The translations under genes were made by a program, and so were the position numbers. DNA of 64,000 nt, taken from contig JBIJDH010000001.1 in NCBI GenBank assembly GCA_044344255.1, positions 416,001-480,000 of the forward strand, in the 5' to 3' direction. The notes beneath the pieces are model-generated. The model saw nothing but the letters and a program-made list of their open reading frames with translations, was not told the origin of the DNA and made no database searches. Origin of the DNA: Myxococcota bacterium (GTDB lineage Bacteria > Myxococcota_A > UBA796 > UBA2385). This document shows positions 34,227 to 43,994 of the stretch, piece after piece; within the stretch, counting starts at the first letter, position 1, and each line of letters starts with the position of its first letter.

Positions 34227-35072
34227 TCAGCGCGGCGGCTCGGGCTCCTGGGTCAGGGGGAAGAACTGGATGCTGATCTGATGCACGTTCTTCCGCTCCC
34301 CCGGGTCGCTGTCGCAGAGGGTGGAGACATGCTCGAGCAGGTGGAAGAGCTCCCGCCGCAGCTTCGGCAGCAGCGACTCGGGGACCGCGAGGGTGAGGCC
34401 CGTGTAGAACCGCTCGTCCCAGGGGACCCGCTCCAGGCTGGAGGCGGCGAGGCTCAGGACGCCCTCGTGGTACCGGGCGGCGACCGCGTGGTGGGCGTCT
34501 ACCCCGGTGGCCACATGGATCTCCGCGCGGACCGGCTGGAGGTCCGCGTCGAGCATGCCGAGGCGACGCAGCAGCACGAGCGCCTGCTCGATCTCCTCCT
34601 TGGCGACCGCAGCCCGGAGACGCCGCTCGATCCAAGCGGGATCCGGCGACCAGCCGGGTAGGAGCGAGAGCTCCCGCAGCGCGGGGCCGAGCCAGGTCGA
34701 GAGGTAGGTGAGCTCATCGGCGTCGATGTGGCGCGCGCCGCGGAAGCGGGGATGGGAGTAGACCTTCTCCAGGATGTCCATGCGCGCGCTGAGGTTGGTC
34801 ACGCGGCCGAGGGAGACCAGGAGCACGAAGAAGGCCCCCTCTTCCTCATCCAGCTCGAGGGGCCCCACCAGGGCCTGGGCGGTCTCGATCTGCGGGGCTC
34901 GGCGCCGCGCGAGGATGTTGGAGAAGGCCGCCGCCGAGATCCCCGCGCCCCGATGTTTGGCCAACCACGCCTTCGTCGTGAAGCTGGAGCGACCCGCCCG
35001 CCGGGCGTCGATCCAGTCCCGGAGGAAGGTCACGGGGTCGAGGTAGCGGAAGACTTGAACCTGCGTGGGCAT
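34227..35072 (-). CDS. TIGR02147/DUF4423 family HTH-containing protein
   Basis: VFRYLDPVTFLRDW, HTH-like ISAAAFSNILARRR, YLSTWLGPALREL, C-terminal HQISIQFFPLT. Confidence 0.8.
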   Translation of the reverse strand: MPTQVQVFRYLDPVTFLRDWIDARRAGRSSFTTKAWLAKHRGAGISAAAFSNILARRRAPQIETAQALVGPLELDEEEGAFFVLLVSLGRVTNLSARMDILEKVYSHPRFRGARHIDADELTYLSTWLGPALRELSLLPGWSPDPAWIERRLRAAVAKEEIEQALVLLRRLGMLDADLQPVRAEIHVATGVDAHHAVAARYHEGVLSLAASSLERVPWDERFYTGLTLAVPESLLPKLRRELFHLLEHVSTLCDSDPGERKNVHQISIQFFPLTQEPEPPR

Positions 35073-35331
35073 CGGCCGACGCTAACCCGCAGCACCCCCG
35101 GCTGCGCAAGGAGCGTCCGGCGGGGGCGCGGCGCCGCGGGGTGAGGGCCGGCGGAGGGCGGCACCCTCGGCACCCCCGCACCGGTCGAAATTTCTATCGC
35201 CTCCCTGTCTGAAGGGGTCAGCCCGCCGTGACCTCCCCCTGCGCGACGATGAGCCACCGCCTCCCGGCGGCCAATCTCCCCCCCACGGTGGGCGGGGCGA
35301 CCTGTCCTATCGCCGCGCACGGACCCTCACC

Positions 35332-35791
35332 GTGCTCACTCCCCCTGTCCGCGTCCACTCCCTCGCCCTCCTCTCTCTTTGTGGGCTCACTGTCTGTGTG
35401 CTCACTGTCTGTGAGCTCACCCTCGCCCCCACGGCGGGAGCCAGCACCCTGGTCGGAAACCCAGCCCCCGGCTTCCACTTCGGCAGCCCCTCGCCGGTCA
35501 GCATCCGAGACGCCTCCTTCAATTTCGAGGAGGTCATCCTCACTCGCTGCGACAATTCGGAGGAGGTGACCGTCTCGGCCAACCCCGCCACCAAATACCT
35601 CTTCAGCTCCGGCCCCTCGCTGACCACCGGCGCAGAACAACCACCGCCTGCACGTCGAGCTCCACGCCGAGGACTGGCTCACCACCACCACGGTCGCCAG
35701 CGCGGGCAGCGGCGTGTCGCCCAACAGCCAGTCGCACGCCGCCTGGGTCGCGGCGGTGGAGGAGGCCATCGTGATCACCTTCGCGCCCTGA
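35332..35791 (+). pseudogene. Frameshifted secreted protein, divergent from the TIGR02147 gene
   Basis: Signal-like N-terminus then STLVGNP; frame switch near 35635 to NHRLHVELHAEDWL...AWVAAVEEAIVITFAP*; 15-bp repeat GCTCACTGTCTGTG(T/A) in the signal region. Confidence 0.45.
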
Positions 35792-35872
35792 TCCGGCCGG
35801 CTCGGCGACACCCGGTCCCCTCTCGCGCGGACGCGAGTCAGGTCGGCCGCCGCAGCTCCCACGGCCTCGGCG

Positions 35873-36634
35873 TCATCGAGCTCCACTGGCGGTGATCGGG
35901 AGCTCATAGAGCGAGATCAGCGAGCGCCGGAGGTCACTCGCCGCGGCCACCCGCAGCTCGGGGGTGGTCCAGGCCCGCACGCGGAGGGTGATCTTCTCGC
36001 CGGTGACATCATCGAAGAGGATCGACGCTGGCCGGCGGGTGTCGAAGCGGACGTCGGCCCGGAGGATGTCGTGGACCGCCTCGAGCAGGGCCTCGGGCGC
36101 GCCGCGGCGCGGCAGCGTGACCACCACGTCCACCCGCCGGGCGCCCGAGCGGCTGTGGTTGCGGATGGGGACCGCCGCCACTCGATTGTTGATGATGGTG
36201 ACCTGCTGACCGTCCTCGGTCTCGAGGGTCATCGCGAAGAGGCCGACCGCGGTGACCCGGCCCATGACGTTGTCGACCTCCACCTCGTCGCCGATGTGAA
36301 AGGGGCGCAGGGTGAGCAGGAAGGCGCCCGAGGCCACGTTCGAGAGGCTGCCTTGCAGCGCGAGGCTGATCGCGAGGCCGGAGGTGCCGAGGATGGCGAT
36401 CACGCCGCCCGAGAAGGTGCCGAGCCGCTCGAGGGCGCCGGCGATGGCCACCACCAGGACGAGCGGGAAGACCGCCGACTTGATGAGGTTGCGAACGAGG
36501 GGGTCCAGGCTGGTGCGCGCCAGCGTGTTGCCGACCGCGCCCGTGAGCCAGGAGCCCGCCGCCCAGCCGGCGCAGAGGATGCCCAAGGCCCAGACCCAAT
36601 TCAACAACGGCTGCCAGTCCATACTGGTGAACAT
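35873..36634 (-). CDS. mscS: Small-conductance mechanosensitive channel
   Basis: GLAISLALQGSLSNVASG, RPFHIGDEV, RRVDVVV; ATG overlaps the upstream stop. Confidence 0.9.
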   Translation of the reverse strand: MFTSMDWQPLLNWVWALGILCAGWAAGSWLTGAVGNTLARTSLDPLVRNLIKSAVFPLVLVVAIAGALERLGTFSGGVIAILGTSGLAISLALQGSLSNVASGAFLLTLRPFHIGDEVEVDNVMGRVTAVGLFAMTLETEDGQQVTIINNRVAAVPIRNHSRSGARRVDVVVTLPRRGAPEALLEAVHDILRADVRFDTRRPASILFDDVTGEKITLRVRAWTTPELRVAAASDLRRSLISLYELPITASGAR

Positions 36635-37653
36635 CAGGCGCCACGGACGAGGTGACAGGCCGCCGAATGACCCGGAGAGACGGTCACGACCGGGGGGTGA
36701 CCGCCGCTGCGACAGCGGTCCTCGGCCACAGGGCAGCGAGGGTGAAAGGCGCAGCCAGGGGGCGGGTTCGAGGGGTTCGGCACGTCTCCTTGCAGGACGA
36801 TCCGGTTCTTCTTCCGCCCGGGGATCGGCTGCGGGATGGCCGACAGCAGGGCCTTTGTATAGGGATGCTGTGGGTTTTCGTATATGTCATCCACGGGGCC
36901 CGTCTCGACGATGCGGCCGAGGTACATGACAGAGATGCGGTCGGAGATGTGGCGCACCACGGAGAGGTCGTGGGCGATGAACAGATAGGAGAGGCCGAGC
37001 TCCTCTTGCAGCTCCTCGAGGAGGTTGACCACCTGAGCCTGAATGGAGACGTCGAGCGCGCTCACCGCCTCATCGCAGACGATGAAGCGGGGGTTCAAGG
37101 CCAGGGCCCGGGCGATGCCGATACGCTGACGCTGACCGCCCGAGAACTCGTGCGGGAAGCGCACCATGTGCTCGGGGAGGAGCCCCACCCGCCGCATCAG
37201 CCCGGCGACGCGGTCTTCGAGCTCGGCCCCCGAGGCGAGGCCGTGCACCAGCAGCCCCTCTCCGACGATGGTGCGGATGTCCATGCGGGGGTTGAGGCTG
37301 GAGTAGGGGTCCTGAAAGATGATCTGCATGTTCTGACGGAGCTTACGGAGCGGCTCACCGTCGAGGTGAAAGACGTCCTGCCCCTCGAAGGTCACTCGGC
37401 CCGCCGTGGCGGGGATGAGGCGGAGGATGGTGCGGCCCACCGTCGTCTTGCCGCAGCCGCTCTCTCCGACGAGCCCCACCGTCTCTTGGCGACCGAGGGT
37501 GAAAGACACGCCATCGACGGCCTTGACGTGGCCTACGACCCGCGCGAGCAGGCCCTTGCGGATTGGGAACCAGGTCCGGAGGTCGGCGACGTCGAGCATG
37601 GGGCGGTGGGGCTCCAGTGCGGGAGAGGGAGGGGTGGCGGTGGGCGCGCTCAA
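36634..37653 (-). CDS. Oligopeptide/dipeptide ABC transporter ATP-binding protein (OppF/DppF-like)
   Basis: [41 protein letters not shown]. Confidence 0.93.
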   Translation of the reverse strand: MSAPTATPPSPALEPHRPMLDVADLRTWFPIRKGLLARVVGHVKAVDGVSFTLGRQETVGLVGESGCGKTTVGRTILRLIPATAGRVTFEGQDVFHLDGEPLRKLRQNMQIIFQDPYSSLNPRMDIRTIVGEGLLVHGLASGAELEDRVAGLMRRVGLLPEHMVRFPHEFSGGQRQRIGIARALALNPRFIVCDEAVSALDVSIQAQVVNLLEELQEELGLSYLFIAHDLSVVRHISDRISVMYLGRIVETGPVDDIYENPQHPYTKALLSAIPQPIPGRKKNRIVLQGDVPNPSNPPPGCAFHPRCPVAEDRCRSGGHPPVVTVSPGHSAACHLVRGA

Positions 37654-38846
37654 GGCTCATCCGGCTTGTTCACGCGGAAGGTCCGCATCGAGGCCTCGAC
37701 CGCCAGGTTGATGTCTTCGAGGCGGATGGCCTCGGTGGGCGCGTCATCCATTGTGGGGTCGCCGAAGAAGATGGCGTCTGCAGGCGCGGCGGCGACGGGG
37801 CCCGAATCGGGGTCAAACAGGCGGAAGTTTCGGTCCAGTCGCCCCTCCTCGACCGCGTGACAGGCGACGGTGTGGCCGCCCCCCACCCGCCGCAAGCGGG
37901 GCTCCTCCGCCGCGCAGCGGCGGTCGGCGTGCTCGCAGCGGTTGCGGAAGCGGCAGCCGGAGGGGAAGTCGAGCGGGCTCGGCACCACCCCGGGGATGAC
38001 CCGCAGCCGCTCCTTCTTCCCCGCGAGGGCGGGCAGCGAGTGGAAGAGGCCGACGGTGTAGGGGTGGCGCGGCTCACCGTAGAGGGTGTGGACGTCCGCG
38101 TACTCGACGACCTTCCCTGCGTACATCACGGCGACGTGGTCGCTCACCTCGGCCACGACGCCGAGATCGTGGGTGATGAACAGGATGCTGGCGCCTGCGC
38201 TCGCCTGCAGCTCCTGCATGAGCTCGATGATCTGCGCCTGGATCGTGACGTCGAGGGCCGTGGTGGGCTCATCGGCGATGAGGAGCTGCGGATCGCAGGA
38301 GAGGGCCATGGCGATCATCACGCGCTGACGCATGCCGCCCGACATCTGGTGCGGGTACTCGTCCACCCGGGCCTCGGGCCGGGCGATCCCCACCTTCTTG
38401 AGCATCTCGATCGCGGCGGCGTGGGCGTCCTTGTGGTTGAGGCGCCGGTGCAGGCGCAGGGCCTCTCCGATCTGCTCGCCCACGGTGTAGACCGGGTTCA
38501 GGCTGGTCATCGGCTCCTGGAAGATCATCGCGATGTCATTGCCGCGGATCTTCCGCAGCTCCGCCTCGGGGAGGGTGAGCAGGTCGACCCCCTTGAACAA
38601 GATGCGGCCGCCCGCCTTGATGCCCGGGGGCGTCGGGATGAGGCCCATCACCGACATCGCGGTGACCGACTTTCCGCAGCCGCTCTCCCCCACCACCGCC
38701 AGCGTGCGGCGCGCGGGGATGTCGTAGCTGACGCCGTCCACCGCTCGGGCGACGCCCCCCTCCATCTGGAAGTAGGTGCGCAGCTCTTCGACCCGGAGCA
38801 AGGGCTCCGGCTCGCCTTCACTTCGTTGGCCGCTCGTCCTGTCCAT
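37650..38846 (-). CDS. Oligopeptide/dipeptide ABC transporter ATP-binding protein (OppD/DppD-like) with C-terminal extension
   Basis: [37 protein letters not shown]. Confidence 0.93.
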   Translation of the reverse strand: MDRTSGQRSEGEPEPLLRVEELRTYFQMEGGVARAVDGVSYDIPARRTLAVVGESGCGKSVTAMSVMGLIPTPPGIKAGGRILFKGVDLLTLPEAELRKIRGNDIAMIFQEPMTSLNPVYTVGEQIGEALRLHRRLNHKDAHAAAIEMLKKVGIARPEARVDEYPHQMSGGMRQRVMIAMALSCDPQLLIADEPTTALDVTIQAQIIELMQELQASAGASILFITHDLGVVAEVSDHVAVMYAGKVVEYADVHTLYGEPRHPYTVGLFHSLPALAGKKERLRVIPGVVPSPLDFPSGCRFRNRCEHADRRCAAEEPRLRRVGGGHTVACHAVEEGRLDRNFRLFDPDSGPVAAAPADAIFFGDPTMDDAPTEAIRLEDINLAVEASMRTFRVNKPDEP

Positions 38847-38859
38847 CCGCCGCCTCACT

Positions 38860-38900
38860 GACTACTCATCCCTGGGACTACTCATCACCGGCTATTCACG
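38860..38900. repeat. Degenerate triple repeat at the permease stop codon
   Basis: GACTACTCATC x2 (period 16) then GGCTATTCACG containing the stop at 38892-38894. Confidence 0.5.
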
Positions 38901-39872
38901 CGCCTCTGGCGTAGCCCATCTGGCCGTCCGGAGCCCATCCCCGAGCAGGGTCAGCCCGAGCCCGAGCAGCAGCAGGGCGAGGCTCGGCCCGAGCAGCACC
39001 CAGGGCGCGTGATCGACCCACGTCCGCCCTTCGTCGGCCAGCCGCCCCCACGACGGGGCCCGCGGATCCCGCCACAAGAACTGGTAGGCCGCCCGCAGGA
39101 GCAGGATCTGCGCCGCCGCCCGCGCGAGGGCCGCGGGGAGGGCGCGGGGCTCGAGGATCACCCGGGAGAGGGCCGGGGCGGCACACCATGCGAGGGCGAG
39201 CAGGGGATCGGCCAGCCCGAATGCGAGGAGGATCCAGACCAGCGGCGGCAGGGTCTGCGCCAGGGCCCGCAGCGGCGGGAGCGCGCGGAGGGGCAGCGCG
39301 AGCAGGGCGGCCTGCCCCGTGGCGATCACGACCACGGACAGGGTGGGCAAGCCGGCCGCCAGCACCTGGGAGAAGAGGTCCCCCCCCTCAGGGCCGGTGC
39401 CGAGCGGCGAGGCCCAGGAGGGGGGCTCGGGGAGCGCGCCCTCCGCCACCACCGGCACCCCCGGCGGGCCCGCCAGAGTGCCCCGGTTGAGCACGGCGAA
39501 GACCACGAGGCCCAGCAGATAGACGCCCGCCCGTCCGCGGGCGGAGAGCGCGGGGCGCCCGCCGGGGGCCGCCGCGAAGCGCCAGGCCGCCCCATAGAGC
39601 GGGACGGCGAACGTGGCCCAGGGCACCAGCGCCCGCAGCGCGTGGCCATAGAAGCCGAGCGTGGGCAGGCGATGGAAGAGCCCGCCCACGCCGAGGGTGG
39701 CGGCCCAGAACAGGGCGCTCCACAACAAGAGGCCGGCCGCGTCGAGGAACCGCCGGTGGAGCAGGTGACCGAGGCCAGGAAGGAGCAGGCCCAGCGACGC
39801 CCGCCAGGCGACGCCCGCGCGCGCGAGCTCAGGGGCTGGGCCCGGGCGGCCCGTCGCCGGCTCGGCGCTCAT
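38892..39872 (-). CDS. Divergent OppC/DppC-like ABC permease
   Basis: PLGTGPEGGDLFSQVL (cf. PLGTDxxGRDxxSR) and PSWGRLADEG...APW; central region shortened. Confidence 0.6.
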   Translation of the reverse strand: MSAEPATGRPGPAPELARAGVAWRASLGLLLPGLGHLLHRRFLDAAGLLLWSALFWAATLGVGGLFHRLPTLGFYGHALRALVPWATFAVPLYGAAWRFAAAPGGRPALSARGRAGVYLLGLVVFAVLNRGTLAGPPGVPVVAEGALPEPPSWASPLGTGPEGGDLFSQVLAAGLPTLSVVVIATGQAALLALPLRALPPLRALAQTLPPLVWILLAFGLADPLLALAWCAAPALSRVILEPRALPAALARAAAQILLLRAAYQFLWRDPRAPSWGRLADEGRTWVDHAPWVLLGPSLALLLLGLGLTLLGDGLRTARWATPEARE

Positions 39873-39878
39873 CTCTGT

Positions 39879-39929
39879 CTCCAGGTCACGGCTGGCTCCA
39901 GGTCAAGGCAGGCTTCGGGTCAAGGCGGG
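39879..39929. repeat. Degenerate 17-bp tandem repeat x3 spanning the stop codon of the TIGR03790-like gene
   Basis: CTCCAGGTCACGGCTGG / CTCCAGGTCAAGGCAGG / CTTCGGGTCAAGGCGGG; TCA at the same position in each copy. Confidence 0.8.
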
Positions 39930-41467
39930 TCCAGCGGCCGATAGAGGGGATCTCCCACGAAGACCATCATCCACCCCGCGACCACCGTGCTCTCATAGGC
40001 CGCCTCGCCATAGTTGGCGCCCTCGAGCAGGTACCGATAGAGCTGGTCGTACTCCGGCATGCCAGCGACATAGGGCTCATTGACCGCCCCATAGGTGGCG
40101 GTGATGCCGTCCAGCAGAGCGCTCCCTGCCCAGGTGCCGGCCGCGCGCAGCTCACAGGCCGAGCAGGAGTCGAGGTGGCCGCCGATGGCGCCGGGCGCCC
40201 AGGTGAAGCAGTCGTTGTAATTGTAGAAGGAGTACCAGCCGGCATAGAACAGCGCGTCCGGGCAGTCGGTGGGCGCGGGGGCGGTGCCGAATTCCTCGGC
40301 CTGTCCATCCCAGACCACCGGCCAGCGCCCGTCCGCCTCGAAGGCGGCGCGGGTGCCCCACATGTTCCACTCGCCGCTCTCATAGGAGCCGAATTCATCG
40401 GAGGTGGGAGGGGTGTCGCCGCGGTTGCCGTCGACATAGACGACGCCGTCGAGCCCGCCTGCGTCCCGGAGGGCCTCGGCCTCGGCGGTCCGATCGAGGA
40501 GGGCCAGCGCGGCCTCGGCGTCTGCCCCGTCGATCCGAGTGACGATGTAATAATCCCCGCCGCCCTCGCGGAGGGCGCCGACCGGGACATAGGGCTCATA
40601 GACCGCCGCTGCGCTGTTCCCCTCCTGATACCAGGGGTTGTACTTCGCCTCTGCCACCACCCGGGCGCGCTGCCCGAAGAAGAGCAGGGCGTCGAGGCTG
40701 GTGGTGGTGAGCGCGCCGCTCGCAAAGTCGGGGATCTGACCGCTCACCTTGTAGGGCACACCATAGACCGGGACGATGTACTCGATCTGTGGCCCGGCGG
40801 CCTCAAGACAGGCCTGGAGCGTGTCGTAGAGGTCCATCGCCTCTTCGACCGCGATGGTCGTCGAGTCCGTAAACGTGAACAGACATCGGTGGTCCGCGGG
40901 GAGCCCGCGAAAGGCCGCATAGGCCTCTGCCACCTCCACCGAGCCCTCCACAGCCTCGTTGGCGAGGGTGAGCACCCGCTCCGCCTCGGGGAAGCCCACC
41001 CAGGTCGCGCCGCTCACCTGGAGCGCGGGGCAGCCCTCCTGCTCGACAGACAGGGTGACGGTGGCGAGGACATCGACGTGCACCGCCTCGTCCGCGGGGA
41101 GGGCCCAGTCGGCCCCGGCGGCGTCCCCGCTCAAGTCGCCGAGATCCGCGGACCAGAAGGCGGAGACCTCACCCTCCGGCGCGACGGTCCAGCCTACGGC
41201 GACCGCCAGCGTGTCGCCCGGGCGGGCCTCCGGGGCGAGCGCCAGCGCGGGGCCCTCCCCACAGGTGGGCGGCGCCGGAGAGTCTGTCCCCGCGCTGTCC
41301 CCGCCACCGTCGGCCGCGCCGGAGCTATCTTCGGCACCGCTGTCTTTTGCGCCGCCGCCGCTCGGCCCCCCCTTCGAGGAGGGGCCGCCACAGCCGAGGG
41401 GGACGAGAGAGAGGGCCGCCGAAGCGACCCAGGCGAGGACGCAGCGGAGCGGACTGGCGCGATGCAT
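39920..41467 (-). CDS. TIGR03790-like lipoprotein
   Basis: PLGC lipobox; SVEVAEAYAAFRGLP, YIVPVYGVP, VTRIDG, PGAIGGHLDS, GITATYGAVNEPY, VGDPLYRP. Confidence 0.75.
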   Translation of the reverse strand: MHRASPLRCVLAWVASAALSLVPLGCGGPSSKGGPSGGGAKDSGAEDSSGAADGGGDSAGTDSPAPPTCGEGPALALAPEARPGDTLAVAVGWTVAPEGEVSAFWSADLGDLSGDAAGADWALPADEAVHVDVLATVTLSVEQEGCPALQVSGATWVGFPEAERVLTLANEAVEGSVEVAEAYAAFRGLPADHRCLFTFTDSTTIAVEEAMDLYDTLQACLEAAGPQIEYIVPVYGVPYKVSGQIPDFASGALTTTSLDALLFFGQRARVVAEAKYNPWYQEGNSAAAVYEPYVPVGALREGGGDYYIVTRIDGADAEAALALLDRTAEAEALRDAGGLDGVVYVDGNRGDTPPTSDEFGSYESGEWNMWGTRAAFEADGRWPVVWDGQAEEFGTAPAPTDCPDALFYAGWYSFYNYNDCFTWAPGAIGGHLDSCSACELRAAGTWAGSALLDGITATYGAVNEPYVAGMPEYDQLYRYLLEGANYGEAAYESTVVAGWMMVFVGDPLYRPLDPP

Positions 41468-41470
41468 GGC

Positions 41471-42307
41471 CTATCGCCCATTCGAGAGGAGGGTGACCCG
41501 CTCGCGCAGCCCCGGCGGCAAGCGGCGGTCCAGGATGGCCTGAGCCTCTGCGGTCGCGTAGCGGGCCGACAGGTGGGTGAAGAGGATGGCCTTGTTGCCG
41601 AAGAGCTCGGCGCGCTCGATGACCTCGTCCAAGTGTACGTGGCCCTTGTCGCGGGCCTCCTGGACAGAGACGCGGTCATCGACGAAGGTGACCTCCATCA
41701 TCAGCAGCGAGGCCTCCCGAGCGGCGGGGCAGCGCTCGAGGAAGTCGATCTTCGAGTCGCCGGAGAAGGCGACCTCGGGGACCTCGACGAGCTCGCTGAT
41801 CTCCACGCCCGAGAGCCGCGCGTCCCGCAGCTCCCGCTCCGGCCGCCCCACCCACTCGGCCCGCAGCTTCTTGCGCTCCCGCACCAGCACGTACCCGTGA
41901 CAGGGTACGACGTGCACGGCCCGGAAGGGCCGCAGGAGCACGTCCCGGCTCAATCGGAGCTCCTCACCGGGGTCAAGTCCGAGGACTGTGCAGCGGAGCT
42001 CCGACCGGTCGAGGCGGCGCCAGGCCTCGAGCATGCCCTCGAAGTCGGCGGTGATGGCGCTCGGCATCACGTAGGTGGGCGGTGTCATGCCCATCAGCGA
42101 GCGGGTGGCGCAGTGCATGACGGCGCCGCCCAGGTGGTCGATGTGCGCGTGGGTGAAGGCCACCCGGCCCTTCGACACCGCGCGCGGCGGGCAGCGCCCG
42201 ATGTCGAGACAGAGGTCGAAGCCAGGGAGCTGCAGACAGGTCTCCAGCCCGCCGATGGAGATGGCCTCCACCGAGACGCCCGCGAGCTGCAGCGAGACCT
42301 CGTTCAC
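41471..42307 (-). CDS. MBL-fold hydrolase, short RNase Z (tRNase Z)-like
   Basis: SIGGLETC, DIGRCP, THAHIDH, HVVPCHGY, AFSGDS, EVTF, GHVHL, HLSARY; GTG overlaps the upstream stop. Confidence 0.82.
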   Translation of the reverse strand: MNEVSLQLAGVSVEAISIGGLETCLQLPGFDLCLDIGRCPPRAVSKGRVAFTHAHIDHLGGAVMHCATRSLMGMTPPTYVMPSAITADFEGMLEAWRRLDRSELRCTVLGLDPGEELRLSRDVLLRPFRAVHVVPCHGYVLVRERKKLRAEWVGRPERELRDARLSGVEISELVEVPEVAFSGDSKIDFLERCPAAREASLLMMEVTFVDDRVSVQEARDKGHVHLDEVIERAELFGNKAILFTHLSARYATAEAQAILDRRLPPGLRERVTLLSNGR

Positions 42308-43200
42308 GCCCGCCCCGGCGGGCTGGCCGCGGGCCGGCTGAGGAGCCGAAAGTCGAGGCCGCCCACCTCGACGAAGTCATTCATCTCCCGCAGGCGAGAA
42401 TAGACTCGGTCCCCCACACGATCCCCGAGGGTCTGCGGGGTGGCGTTGACCTGCGCCGGGTTGGGCGGCGGAGCGCCCGTGGCCTCCGCGGGGCGGTAGT
42501 TGGTGGTGGCGAGGATCGGCGCCATCGCGTTGTATCGCCGGCTCACCAGCTCATCGATGATGGTGAGCTCCCAGTCGGTGACCCGACCCTTACCGAGCTC
42601 ATCAATGATGAGGATCGGCACCGCCGCGAGCTCACTGAGGACGGCGCTGTCGCCTCGCCCCTCCTCGTAGCCCTGCTTGAGCAGCCCGAGCAGGCGCGTG
42701 AACTCGACGAAGCGGACCGACAGGCCCTGTCCGAAGATGAGCTGTCGGGCGAGCGCCACGGCGAGGTGCGTCTTGCCGCGGCCGACCGGCCCCCAGAGGA
42801 TGAGGCCACGGTTCGCCTGCCCTGGTCGAAAGCCCGCCATCCACGGTGCGACCTTGGAGAAGGCCTCGCCCTTCGCGGGGTCGGTGCGGCTGCCCTCCAT
42901 GAAGCTCGTGAGCGTGGAGGCGGCGAAGCGGCCGGGCAGGTTCGCCCGGTTGAAGGCAGCGACCCGATCGGGGATGAGCTGACAACGACAGCGCCCGACC
43001 CGCACCACGCCGTCCACGCGCAGGGTCACCCGGCCGCCGCCGTCACAGCGGCGACAGGTGGGGACACAGGCGCAGAGCGTGGCCAGCGCGACCTCGCCGG
43101 CGGGCGCCACCGTGTAGCCGAGGCCCTGACAGCGCTTGCAGGCGGGGTCTGGCGCGGCAGGCTCGACGGCCGCGGGGCTCTGGGGCGCGGGGGCGGTCAT
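42304..43200 (-). CDS. DnaC/IstB-like AAA+ ATPase with N-terminal Cys-rich zinc-binding region
   Basis: CKRCQG, CAC, CRRCDG, CRC; GPVGRGKTH (Walker A); IIDELG (Walker B); RRYN; TTNY; RVYSRLREM. Confidence 0.88.
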   Translation of the reverse strand: MTAPAPQSPAAVEPAAPDPACKRCQGLGYTVAPAGEVALATLCACVPTCRRCDGGGRVTLRVDGVVRVGRCRCQLIPDRVAAFNRANLPGRFAASTLTSFMEGSRTDPAKGEAFSKVAPWMAGFRPGQANRGLILWGPVGRGKTHLAVALARQLIFGQGLSVRFVEFTRLLGLLKQGYEEGRGDSAVLSELAAVPILIIDELGKGRVTDWELTIIDELVSRRYNAMAPILATTNYRPAEATGAPPPNPAQVNATPQTLGDRVGDRVYSRLREMNDFVEVGGLDFRLLSRPAASPPGRA

Positions 43201-43955
43201 GGGGAGGGGCCCCTCCGGTCAGCGGTGTCGGTGTCGGCCAGCAGCCTATCCCAGAGCTCCCGCGCAGACACGAGGGGGAAGCGCCGCCGCAGGCGGTCGC
43301 GCGTCGCCTCCTCGACGAGCCCCTCGATGAGGCTGTCGGGCAGGCTGCCACGGAGCGAGGCGTAACCATCGGCCACCTCGGCGCGGAGGGCCGGACGCTC
43401 GTCACAGCCGATCCACACCGCCTCGTGGAACTCGCGCACCAGCACCACCCCCGCCGTCGCGCGCTCCTCTGGGCTCCCCATCGAGACGGGGAGGGCGAGC
43501 AGCGCCGAGATGAGCTGCTGGTGGGCCGCTTCGAAGGGCCCCGCGACGCGCTGCGCGCGGAGGGCCTCCACATAGCCGAGCATCGGGTCGGGCACCGCCG
43601 CGCGATCGCCGGGCACCCCGACGCCGAGGGGGGCCGGCTTGAGCTCCACCTTGCAAGCTTGCAGAGAGAGGGGCCTCTTCGAACGCCGCTTCAGGCGACG
43701 ATCTGCCGCGCGGTCGAGGGCGGCGAGGATCGCGACGACCGGCGTGCCCCCGTCGAGCCAGCGCAGGAGCAGCCGCCCATCGGCGCTGGAGAGGAAGGGG
43801 CTGCCTCCGCGCAAGGTGACGAGGTAGTCGCGCACGACGGCGGCCTGGCGAGCCCGCACCTGGTCCACCTCATCGAGCGCGTCGACCAGGAAGGGCTCCA
43901 GCCCGCCCTCGTCGCCCTCCGAATCAACTTCTGACAACTGTGGTACCGCTGTCAT
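43197..43955 (-). CDS. Hypothetical protein with a DnaD/DnaB_2-like helical motif
   Basis: YLVTLRGGSPFLSSADGRLLLRWLDGGTPVVAILAALD...LSLQAC; stop overlaps the ATPase start. The longer track ORF (to 45197) is an antisense extension. Confidence 0.55.
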   Translation of the reverse strand: MTAVPQLSEVDSEGDEGGLEPFLVDALDEVDQVRARQAAVVRDYLVTLRGGSPFLSSADGRLLLRWLDGGTPVVAILAALDRAADRRLKRRSKRPLSLQACKVELKPAPLGVGVPGDRAAVPDPMLGYVEALRAQRVAGPFEAAHQQLISALLALPVSMGSPEERATAGVVLVREFHEAVWIGCDERPALRAEVADGYASLRGSLPDSLIEGLVEEATRDRLRRRFPLVSARELWDRLLADTDTADRRGPSP

Positions 43956-43994
43956 CCCCTGCCTTCCTTGCGCGCTCCGAAGGGCCGACCTATC

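Noticed and set aside
42304..43200. IS21 element suggested by the IstB-like ATPase
   Set aside because: No IstA transposase or terminal inverted repeats; embedded in a coupled operon
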